A stretch of DNA of 64,000 nt. Origin: Pseudomonadota bacterium (GTDB lineage: Bacteria > Pseudomonadota > Alphaproteobacteria > Caulobacterales > Caulobacteraceae). Position numbers and translations under genes: made by a program. Shown piece after piece: positions 36,001-42,709 of this stretch. Each line of letters opens with the position of its first letter. The stretch's first letter is position 1. The DNA is taken from assembly GCA_023432855.1 (NCBI GenBank), contig JAEZEZ010000019.1, forward strand, positions 2,988 through 66,987, in the 5' to 3' direction. A model generated the notes under the pieces. It ran no database searches and was not told where the DNA came from. It saw nothing but the letters and a program-made list of their open reading frames with translations.

Positions 36001-38775
36001 ATGGACGCCCCGGCCGCGATTTACGCGGGCGATCTGGTGAACATCTCGGCCGCGCGGACCATGACCGTGGATGGCTCGATTATCGCCGAGGGCGGGGTGG
36101 ACCTGCTGCTCCAGGGCCCTGGAGCCCAGGATCTTTCCGTGGGCGGCCTGATCGACGCGTCGGGAATCGATATCGAGAACGCGGGCTCGGGCGACGTCCT
36201 GATCGGCGGGACGCTCATGGCGGACGGCGGATCCGCGCCCGATCCCGACGCCCTTGCGACGCCCGGAGGAATAGAGATCACGAGTGGCGGCGCCGTCATC
36301 ACAGGCGCCGCTTCGTCCATCCAATCTTCAGCCTCCGTCTCCATCGCGGCAGGCGGAACTGGTGGCGCCGGATATAGCGCCATCGACCTTTCCGGGGACA
36401 TCTCCACGGCCTCGCTGGACCTCGCCGCGAGCAACGGCTCCATCCGCCTTCGCGATGGTGTGATCACAGTCAGCGAGCCGCTGTCCATCGCCAGCGGCCT
36501 CGACTTCGTGATGGATGCTCCCGCCGTCATCGATGCTGAGGGAACCGTCGCCATTTCCGCGGCCCGGGCGCTCGTTGCAGATGGCGCGATCTCCGCGGGC
36601 GGCGACGTCGGTCTGGCGCTCTCCGGGCCCTTGGCGCAGAATCTTTTGATTGGCGGGGCGATCAGTTCGACGGGCGACATCTCCGTGGAGAACGGGGGTT
36701 CCGGGGCGGTGCTTGTCGGCGGCTCGCTCACGGCTACGGGCGACGTCATGCTCGCTTCGGGTGGCTCTGTCGTTACCGGCTCCGCATCGGTGATCACTTC
36801 CGGCGCGGAAGTATCGATCGCCGCCTCGGGCGGGGGCGACAGCATCGATCTGTCGGGCGATATCACCGCGCCTGTTCTCAGCCTGGACGCCGACGGGGGC
36901 TCCATCCGACTGCGCGACGGAACGATCGCGGTGCAAAGCGACCTGGTGATCGCGAGCGCCCTGGATTTCAGCATGGAGGCCCCCGCCCTGATCGACGCCG
37001 CTTCGGCCGTACAGATCAGCGCCGGCCGGAACATGACTGTGGACGGCGTCATCGACGCCGGGGGCGACGTCACACTGCTGGTCAGCGGCCCCGCTGCGGG
37101 CGACCTTTCGATCGGCGGCCTGATCACAACTTCCGGCGGCGCCTACGTCTACAACTACGGCGGCGGCGACATCTTCATCGACGGGGACATCCTCGCTGAC
37201 ACTGACGGGATCAGTTCGGGTCACGGCGACAATGTGGTCATCGACAGCGGAGGCCGCATCGTCACGGGCTCCGGCTCGGTGATCCGTGTGGGCGGAGAAG
37301 CGACGACAGGCACAGTGACTCTCTATAGCTATGGCGTAGACGGGGAAGGTATCGCCGCCGTCGAGCTGTCCGGCGACATCGAGGCCGACTACGTCACGGT
37401 GGAGGCCTACAACGGCTCGGTTCATCTGCGCGATGGGGCGTCGGTCGGAGCAGACGAGAACGCCGAGTTCTTCGCCTACGCCTACTTCGTGATGGAGCAA
37501 GGCGCCGCGATCTGGGGCGCGCGCGATCGGCAGAACCCGGGCGATCCCGGAGCCTGGCCAGTCCTGCCCGGCACGGCGCCGGGGGTGCTGATCGCTGCCG
37601 CGGACGTGGAGATCGACGGGCAGATCCGTGCGGGAACCGAAAGCGACGATGCGACCATCATCATCAGCGCAATCGACCCCAACGGACAGGTCACGATCGG
37701 CGGCGAGGACAATCTCCTGGGCGAAGGTTTCACGCTGTCGAACCTGGAGTTCCACAATCTCCAAGCCGCCCGGATCGTTGTGACCGCCGGACTGGGCGAG
37801 CCATACGGCGAAGGCGTCGATCTCTACCTTGCAGACCTCGATCTGGACTCGTCGCTGGTCAGTGAGGTGTGGTTCGGGACTTCCGAAAACCTGATTGTCG
37901 AGGGCGTCGTGGCGCCGACCGGCGGGGGGGAGGTGGACATCAATCTGGGCTTCACGTTGCTGTTCGACGGGCTGCCTGACGGACCGAGCACGGCAGCTGT
38001 CGAACCGGGCCAGACACTGGTGAACTTCATCCCGGACAACATCTACATCTCAGGCAGCCTGGGTACTGTCGACAATCCGTTCGGGGTCGTCACCCTTATC
38101 GCTCAGGGGGACGTGCTCATGGGCTCGCAGGCGTTTCTCGAGGCGGCGCTGGCCGATCCGGAATTCGACGCCTTCGAACAGTCGGAAGATCTCGACCCGG
38201 AAGCAGGCCACGTGTTCGTCGCCGCAGACGGCTTGCAGATCGCCGCCATGGGCCGCGTGCTGCAGCAGAATACGGGTGAGGATGGTGAGTTCGGCGGCCT
38301 GGTCCTTGGACTGCCAACTTCCGATGTGCAGCTGATCTTCTCCCCCGACCTAATCGAAGGTCAGACCATCGGCGGGCCGTCGAGCTGGACGGCCAACTTC
38401 TCGGCAGGCCCCCAGCGCGTCGAGCTGTTCGGCGTGTTCCTCGACGGGCAAGAGCAGATCGGCGGCTTCGACGCAGCCCTGGTGGACAATCTGCTCGATC
38501 CCGACATCGCTCTGGGTGACGACTTCTTCAATACCTGCCTGTTCGGGTCGAGCAGCGAGTGCAGTCGCGCGCCCGAGACGCCGCGCTTCGAGGATCCAGT
38601 GCCGCCGGTCCATCCCGATCCAATCGATGGCGACGAGGTGGCGAGCTTCTTCTCCGCCTTCCCCTTCACCGAGCCGGAAGAGGAGGAAGAGGAGGATGAG
38701 ACCCAAGGCGAACCAGTGACCGGTTCGGGCAACGAAGACCTCTGGCCGGTCGGATCCCGTGGAGGTCAGCGATGA
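30073..38775 (+). CDS. giant (2900 aa) two-partner-secretion exoprotein (TpsA) with N-terminal hemagglutination-activity (TPS) domain and a repetitive beta-helix-like body
   Basis: ATG 30073 forms an ATGA overlap with the tpsB stop. TPS-domain pattern LTVDQSHQRVVIDWATFNISQGETVTFNQGG..WIAFNRVDPSAFTTIDGNLNATGGVWLFSPGGLLFGPNASVNVASFLGS. The protein is very acidic, Gly/Asp/Ile/Ala/Ser-rich and Lys-poor. Confidence 0.9.
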   Translation: MTRSPALSGRRSRRAAGASAAAIIWSLATAANALPTDPVIVGTSGGQGPGATFTPSQGNLTVDQSHQRVVIDWATFNISQGETVTFNQGGVDWIAFNRVDPSAFTTIDGNLNATGGVWLFSPGGLLFGPNASVNVASFLGSTAQLLDADLAAALTADTLTLSPLADRNGATLEVQAGAAITATDGYVVLLGETIVQNGSVVSNSDAVWFGVAEGGQVQIDSNPDGSTLVDATVSAVAGRGRPSLTHGGITTANSWIGIATPGAVESGFETVINLTGRLEADGVRYGTTEGVVILTGADGVIDETAGSVVIDTTAGEIDSEYDIYIVGGAVRLGEISGDNIQIDVLADSLIEIDPADPYGMWSTPYSDISLQTTGTGSLIDIGATIYAGTIAVDSAGAIVVEGADIDVRNYVQISPGETSISMTAVDDLTISGDSVLDAREQVILEATGDGVISMGGWIRGSGVTLDGAGGVGIGGSGINSAGAITIRSDTYVDVLAGLFGYDIDIETTGSGSGIFIDAYLSASTISIDGSDYVVLGDEAFLNAGYNAYGYSIDIAAAGDLTLDLGSSLFAPGGIHLQGANVVSNADITGIDISVEATGDITLSANILAYGGIAVLSDAPGTGAGDIVLNGSMSAQGGISIVNQSDGDVTFTSNAVVEATDLGCGFSCKGDGETSLLGADGDIYIYSAGRVITEAGSVIEATGGYGDDVGLLTIVAAGADTAGGAAVDLSGYIDARTVDISTTQGSVRVRSGEISVYEYLRLDSAADLVIDDEASVRGFDEVNLADIYLLADGDILLAGDMRGGQIDILSTGVMSPGETLISVSGDIRAYYDLSVTAWNGDIDIGGDLSARSMDIDAGSDLRVLATATLNAAGTYGEGYGQVYGGDIDLRASDTLTIAYGAQVTADGNVELATREFDSLLDISGLVVGYHVGVYGAADINISGVVAGFTGVAIQSQLGDGVTDADIVISGLLSGPGGVSIKNYNNGDVVLESTAVVSTYYDSGECYEGCEVAGKLGGETALYGLDGDIYIYSAGSVITASGSLIDATGGLGADAGLVTIVSTGADGTNSAIDLSGDIVAERLDMSTTQGSIRLRDGEITVTEDLYIDSALHFIQDAPSVINALPGSYTAATYIRADGDMTFGGTFDGYEVEIVSTGSAVPGGSTIEISGTIFGTDVVEIRNANGDINVASTGVIHSGPTEDNPNPYILLQANGTVSTEAGSQIYTDPAYDFATVAIRSTATDGLGVDLAGDITTSGFIIVSSTYDADVQITGGTLDAGEEVSVNSGGAVNITGGLMTARLVQVRSDRDMLLAGDIEADYALASIYGGESGGVDDSVIRVEGDISAEQSIQIRNEVGDVEIGATGRLYGQLDGAGTLDTAILIVGEQIITEAGSLMRAGALAGPAVGTIELRAEGDDGAVAALDLSGDIDTEALVLDAGTGGMHVRDGQIDVINTFYGVFEGAFVVDEPAVITSETWISVTADGGVVMDGSMYSAGTVTLYSPTAYDVSVGGLVQAADGIVLRSIGGDVALTGDARLHADADGLYGVSDDITIAAGGSVTTAAGTSIQTGLDGAPTGEVYIQSGLASLGAFGIDLSGDITAQQLTLSATGSSIRLRDGDIDVVAALAIDSVGDFLMDAPATITSGDDVDIEAAGSLTVVGTITAAADISLLKTGATGGMTVNGALYAGEDVSIINSGGGDLILGGATIVADADGDDPGSDVYISSQNAVIAPGGGSIRVGSTGAPTGDVTILAAGTDAGGFNAIDLSMDIEAINLTLTAANGSIQLASGDVQLNGDFDAAAGVDFLMEAPASLQAAGDVTVEAARAMGIEGQIVSLGGVNVQLQGPGSQDISIGGDIVAGGGIDIENAGEGDVLLAGSLTAASPAAPGGSTALAVPGGVEITSGGAVITAAGSSIQSADFVAISAGGTDSGGFSAIDLSGDIVTGSLELTAGSGSIRLRDGDIAVSDPLTIATGLDFLMDAPAAIYAGDLVNISAARTMTVDGSIIAEGGVDLLLQGPGAQDLSVGGLIDASGIDIENAGSGDVLIGGTLMADGGSAPDPDALATPGGIEITSGGAVITGAASSIQSSASVSIAAGGTGGAGYSAIDLSGDISTASLDLAASNGSIRLRDGVITVSEPLSIASGLDFVMDAPAVIDAEGTVAISAARALVADGAISAGGDVGLALSGPLAQNLLIGGAISSTGDISVENGGSGAVLVGGSLTATGDVMLASGGSVVTGSASVITSGAEVSIAASGGGDSIDLSGDITAPVLSLDADGGSIRLRDGTIAVQSDLVIASALDFSMEAPALIDAASAVQISAGRNMTVDGVIDAGGDVTLLVSGPAAGDLSIGGLITTSGGAYVYNYGGGDIFIDGDILADTDGISSGHGDNVVIDSGGRIVTGSGSVIRVGGEATTGTVTLYSYGVDGEGIAAVELSGDIEADYVTVEAYNGSVHLRDGASVGADENAEFFAYAYFVMEQGAAIWGARDRQNPGDPGAWPVLPGTAPGVLIAAADVEIDGQIRAGTESDDATIIISAIDPNGQVTIGGEDNLLGEGFTLSNLEFHNLQAARIVVTAGLGEPYGEGVDLYLADLDLDSSLVSEVWFGTSENLIVEGVVAPTGGGEVDINLGFTLLFDGLPDGPSTAAVEPGQTLVNFIPDNIYISGSLGTVDNPFGVVTLIAQGDVLMGSQAFLEAALADPEFDAFEQSEDLDPEAGHVFVAADGLQIAAMGRVLQQNTGEDGEFGGLVLGLPTSDVQLIFSPDLIEGQTIGGPSSWTANFSAGPQRVELFGVFLDGQEQIGGFDAALVDNLLDPDIALGDDFFNTCLFGSSSECSRAPETPRFEDPVPPVHPDPIDGDEVASFFSAFPFTEPEEEEEEDETQGEPVTGSGNEDLWPVGSRGGQR
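32245..37650 (+). repeat. tandem 154-176-aa protein modules inside tpsA (about 10-11 units)
   Basis: The anchor motif A(I/V)DLSGDI...(T/A)..GS(I/V)RLRDG recurs in frame at 32245, 33277, 33802, 34330, 34840, 35353, 35869, 36379, 36841 and 37357. Spacings are 1032, 525, 528, 510, 513, 516, 510, 462 and 516 bp. Confidence 0.8.
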
Positions 38776-41700
38776 AACTCTCCGTTCAGCTGCTCGCCGC
38801 CGTATCCAGTGCAGTGCTCGGCGCTGCAGCCGGAACGGCGACAGCCCAGGCTCCGCGAGGGGCGTTCAGCCTCGGACAGAACGCCGAGGCCCAGACCTGT
38901 CGGGCCCAGACCCGGCTGGACGCTGGACGCGGCCGCGAGCGCGTCGACATCTACTGCGGTGAGTGGGAACGGGCTTCCGGCGAAGTCGTGGTCTGGCCGG
39001 CTTCGTCGGAGGCCGCCGCCCTGGCCCGGTTTGCCGAGGATTGTCCGGGCGTCGGCCAGACCCTGAGTTCTCCGGACTTCACCGAGCTTCGCCAAATTCC
39101 GTGCGAGCGGGCTTCTGACGATGGCGCCGTCCGGCGCTATGGGCTGCTCGCGCGACGGGGCGATCAGCTTATCCTTGGCGCAGCATATCCGGCTGACTGG
39201 GCCCCCATGATCGCTGCCGCGCGGGTGCTCTCCGGAGCCGCGCGTGCGGAGGCGGTTACGCACAGCGACGGCCTGACCCCGGGCATGCGGGAGATCCAGT
39301 CCGTTTACCCGGCCGGGGCGCCGGGCATTTCAGCCTCTGTGAACCAGGAGCTGCTGCGCCGGCGTGCCTATGAACAGAACACGAGCTGGAGTTTCTCGGC
39401 GTCCGAACGCGACTTCGCCGAACTTCTACGCACCCAGGAACGGCTCGCTCCCGACGACGCCGAGGGCGCCGCGGAAATCCTGGCCGAGATCGGCCTGAAC
39501 CTCTCCGGTGAGCGACGCTTCCAAGAGGCGGAGGATTCCTTCGACGAGGCCGAACGGCGAGCCAATGCGGCGGGAGCCAGACTTCTCCTCACCAAGATCC
39601 TCAACTATCGCGCCATGGACAGGCTCAACCAGCGTCGGCCCGCAGATGCGCTGGAGCTTGCCCGGGCCGCCAACGCCGCCCGCGATGCGCTCTTCGGGGC
39701 GCCTTCTTCACGCGCGCCCGGCATCGGCGCCGCTGACGCCCGGCGCATCGAGGCGATGGCCGCGCCCGGTCGTCGCCGGGCCGTCGCGCCGCCGCTCAGC
39801 GGCATGACCGACCAGGATCGCGCCGCCATCCTCTCCGCCCAGGCGGACTATCTCGCCGCGGCCGCCGTCCGTGCGATGGGCGAAGGGGACGCGGGCCGTT
39901 ACCTGAACGCCGCTCGCGACCGCCTTGCGACCAGTGCGATCCAGCCCGCCTGGCTGACCGCCCTGATCTATGAGGAACGCTCGCGGCTGGCCGCGGAGCG
40001 TGGCGACACCGGCGTGGCCAGGCGTGAAGCCGAAACGGGCCTGGCCCTGCTGCGCCGCGCCGCTCCCGGAACCCGCGCCGAGGGCCATCTCTTGATGGCG
40101 CTGGCGGACGCTCGGCGGCTCGGTGGGGACAGTGCCGGGGCTCTCGCGGACGGCCGCGCTGCGGTCGTCCTGTTCACGCGGCATCGGGAGGCCCCGGGCA
40201 TCGCGCCGGACGTTGCGGCGTCGCACCTGGTCGCCCTCTACGAAGAGTGGGAGCGCACACGTGAGGCAACGGCCGCGAACGAGTATTTCGAGACGCTGGC
40301 GCTGGTGTGGGACGGCGCCGCCGCACGTTCGGCTGCGCAGCTTGCCGCACGCCTGGCGGCGAAGGAGGGCGGTGACGCCGTCCGCGCCTATCAGGACGCC
40401 GAGCGGGTCTATCGGGCTGCGCTGGCGAGGCGCCAACGCCTGTCCCTGAGCCCCGAAACGCTGCCCGAGAAGATCGCCGAGGCCGACGCCGCCGCCACGG
40501 CGGCCGCCGCCGCCCTGGCGCAGGCCGAAGACGGCGTCCGTGCATCGTCTCCGCGATATCTGGAGCTGCTCAGCCCGGCGATTTCGGCGGGCGAACTCGT
40601 TGGCTCGCTGGAAGACTGGGAAGGCTACGTCCGCATGGTGGTATCCCACCAGGGGGGCTTCGGAGCCGTCGTCACTTCCGCGGGCGTGACGCCCTACAGG
40701 ATCGCGATCGATGCCTCGCAGGCGGAAGCGCTTGCATCGAGACTGCGTAACAGCGCCAACCTTAGCCGCAGCGGCGCCCTGCCCGACTACGACATTGAAG
40801 CGGCCGGGGAGCTCTATCAGGCGCTGCTGGCGCCGGCCGCGGATCGTATCGCCGGCCTGGACAGCCTCCAGATCGACGCCAGCGGACCCCTGGCCGCCAT
40901 CCCCTTCGCGGCGCTCGTCACCGAAACGCCGGACCAGGCGGCTCAGGATCGAATCCGCGAAGCTCAGGACTACAGCGGACTCGCGTGGTTCGGCCGGGAC
41001 AGGACTCTGGCGGCCTCCCTTGGACCCGCCGCATTCGTGCGCACGCGCGCCGCTACACCCGCGGCGATCACCGTGCCCGCTTACGCCTTCGGCGACTTTC
41101 GGCCCGATCCCGCCGCCATGGCGCGACGTCTGGCCGAGACGCGAGGTCTCTCTGACCGCTGCCGCGAAGAGGTGCAGAGGGCATTGGCGAGGCTCGACGC
41201 GCTTCCCGAAACGGCGGAAGAGGCCCGAGAAAGCGCCGCGGTCTTCGGGCCCGCCGCACAGGTGCGGCTTGGCGAGACCTTCACCGACCAGGCGGTGCTG
41301 GAGGACCCGGCAGTAGGCCAGGCAGGTGTCCTCGTCCTGGCCACTCACGGCGTCCTCAGCCTGTCGTCCTGCCTCGCCGAACCCGCCCTGCTGGCTTCGC
41401 TTGGCCCGGAGGGCGACGGATTGATCGAGGCGTCCGAGGTTCTCGACGCGGGCGTCCGCGCTCGCCTCGTCGTGATGTCCGCCTGTGACACGGCCGGGGG
41501 CGGCGAAGGCGACGTCTCGCGAGGGGGCTTCGCCGGCGGAGGCGAAGCCTTGTCCGGGCTTGCTCGGGCCTTCATCTACGCGGGGGCCTCTTCAGTGCTA
41601 GCCACGCACTGGAAGGTGGACGCCACAGCCTCCAGCCTGCAGACGCGCGCCCTCCTGACCCAGGCCGCCCAGTCGAAAGCCACGCTGGCAGAGGCGCTGT

Positions 41701-41846
41701 CCTCCGCCCAGAGGACCCTCTACGAGGATCCCGAGACCGCCCATCCCTTCTACTGGTCAGGCTTTGTCCTGATCGGGGACGGCGCCGTCACGCTCGATAG
41801 TGGGGCAGCGGCCGGGGCCGGGACGGGGACTCGAACCGCTCCCTAG
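38772..41846 (+). CDS. secreted/periplasmic TPR-repeat + CHAT-domain (caspase-fold peptidase-like) protein
   Basis: ATG 38772 forms an ATGA overlap with the tpsA stop. Signal peptide MKLSVQLLAAVSSAVLGAAAGTATAQA. A four-Cys N-terminal module and a helical TPR-like middle follow. The C-terminal CHAT region has a candidate His/Cys dyad (VLVLATHGVL ... LVVMSACDTAGG) and ends PFYWSGFVLIGD. Confidence 0.85.
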   Translation: MKLSVQLLAAVSSAVLGAAAGTATAQAPRGAFSLGQNAEAQTCRAQTRLDAGRGRERVDIYCGEWERASGEVVVWPASSEAAALARFAEDCPGVGQTLSSPDFTELRQIPCERASDDGAVRRYGLLARRGDQLILGAAYPADWAPMIAAARVLSGAARAEAVTHSDGLTPGMREIQSVYPAGAPGISASVNQELLRRRAYEQNTSWSFSASERDFAELLRTQERLAPDDAEGAAEILAEIGLNLSGERRFQEAEDSFDEAERRANAAGARLLLTKILNYRAMDRLNQRRPADALELARAANAARDALFGAPSSRAPGIGAADARRIEAMAAPGRRRAVAPPLSGMTDQDRAAILSAQADYLAAAAVRAMGEGDAGRYLNAARDRLATSAIQPAWLTALIYEERSRLAAERGDTGVARREAETGLALLRRAAPGTRAEGHLLMALADARRLGGDSAGALADGRAAVVLFTRHREAPGIAPDVAASHLVALYEEWERTREATAANEYFETLALVWDGAAARSAAQLAARLAAKEGGDAVRAYQDAERVYRAALARRQRLSLSPETLPEKIAEADAAATAAAAALAQAEDGVRASSPRYLELLSPAISAGELVGSLEDWEGYVRMVVSHQGGFGAVVTSAGVTPYRIAIDASQAEALASRLRNSANLSRSGALPDYDIEAAGELYQALLAPAADRIAGLDSLQIDASGPLAAIPFAALVTETPDQAAQDRIREAQDYSGLAWFGRDRTLAASLGPAAFVRTRAATPAAITVPAYAFGDFRPDPAAMARRLAETRGLSDRCREEVQRALARLDALPETAEEARESAAVFGPAAQVRLGETFTDQAVLEDPAVGQAGVLVLATHGVLSLSSCLAEPALLASLGPEGDGLIEASEVLDAGVRARLVVMSACDTAGGGEGDVSRGGFAGGGEALSGLARAFIYAGASSVLATHWKVDATASSLQTRALLTQAAQSKATLAEALSSAQRTLYEDPETAHPFYWSGFVLIGDGAVTLDSGAAAGAGTGTRTAP

Positions 41847-41997
41847 GCGGGAACGAAGCTCGCCGTGCGACCGTTGCCGCCCTGAAAGGAGCGGCGTTGG
41901 TGGCTATGCAATTGGATAGTACCGGCCCTGCGGCGGCGATCACGTACCCGCGGGAGTCGCGCGCAGTCGTTGGGCCGGCCTGAACAGCGGGGACCCG

Positions 41998-42273
41998 ATG
42001 GCTTCGCAAAAGGACCGGCGTGGCTCTCAGAGTCTCGGATGCGTTTTTCTCGTCGCGGTGTTTGGGCCGATGATCGCCCTTGGATCGCTCTGGGCCCTGA
42101 TCGGCATGACCGGTGGCGCGGGCGCGACAGGCATGAGCGGGCCGCGCGACGAACTCATGCGCTTCATGGTGTGGATACTGCTTCTCGCGGGCCTTCTGAA
42201 TATTGGAGGCCTTGTCTACGCCGCTTACAGGCGCATCAGTCACCGACACCCTGAACGGGAATGGAGGCGCTGA
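41998..42273 (+). CDS. small two-TM membrane protein
   Basis: 91 aa with two clear hydrophobic helices (CVFLVAVFGPMIALGSLWALIGM and FMVWILLLAGLLNIGGLVYAAY). I recognise no family. Confidence 0.45.
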   Translation: MASQKDRRGSQSLGCVFLVAVFGPMIALGSLWALIGMTGGAGATGMSGPRDELMRFMVWILLLAGLLNIGGLVYAAYRRISHRHPEREWRR

Positions 42274-42343
42274 CCGAATTATTGGCTCGGAATGTCGTCG
42301 CCGGGCATAGTCCTTCGTCCTCTGCTGCGAAGGAACGGTTCAC

Positions 42344-42709
42344 GTGCTCTACGCCCTGCTCTGCTACAATGACGAAGCCATGGTCACCTCCTGGACCAAG
42401 GAGGAAGACGATGCCGTGATGGCTCGTCTTGACGTGGTTCATGAACGCCTGCGCCGGGCCGGAAAGATGGGCCCTTCCCTGAGGCTCGTTCCCACGACGG
42501 GGGCCATGACGCTCCACAAACAGAAGGACATGGTCATCGACGGGCCTTACGCGGAGACCAAGGAGGCGCTCCTCGGGTTCTACGTGCTCGACTGCGAGGA
42601 CCTCGAAGAGGCGGTGCAGATCAGCCGCGAGTTGGCCGCGGCCAATCCGGGCGGCGCCTATGAGATCCGCCCCGTTTCGCTGTTTCTGCCGGGGACATTC
42701 GAAGGGTGA
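42344..42709 (+). CDS. YCII-related (DGPF) domain protein
   Basis: MLYALLCYNDE...DGPYAETKEALLGFYVLDCEDLEEAVQISRELAAANPGGAYEIRPV is the typical YCII/DGPF pattern. The stop overlaps the GTG of the downstream sigma factor (GTGA). Confidence 0.8.
   Translation: MLYALLCYNDEAMVTSWTKEEDDAVMARLDVVHERLRRAGKMGPSLRLVPTTGAMTLHKQKDMVIDGPYAETKEALLGFYVLDCEDLEEAVQISRELAAANPGGAYEIRPVSLFLPGTFEG

Noticed and set aside
29836-37764. Several 400-650-aa minus-strand ORFs inside tpsA (29836..31803, 34996..36324, 36021..37127, 36328..37764).
   Set aside because: They are antisense to a gene with a clear TPS domain and in-frame periodic repeats. The antisense products are low-complexity Arg/Asp/Gly/Val strings. Their apparent repetitiveness only mirrors the sense-strand repeats.
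30073-38775. TpsA as a contact-dependent inhibition toxin (CdiA).
   Set aside because: Reading the protein I saw no VENN or other pre-toxin motif and no recognisable toxin domain at the C-terminus. The downstream gene is a 1024-aa signal-peptide CHAT protein rather than a small cytoplasmic immunity protein.
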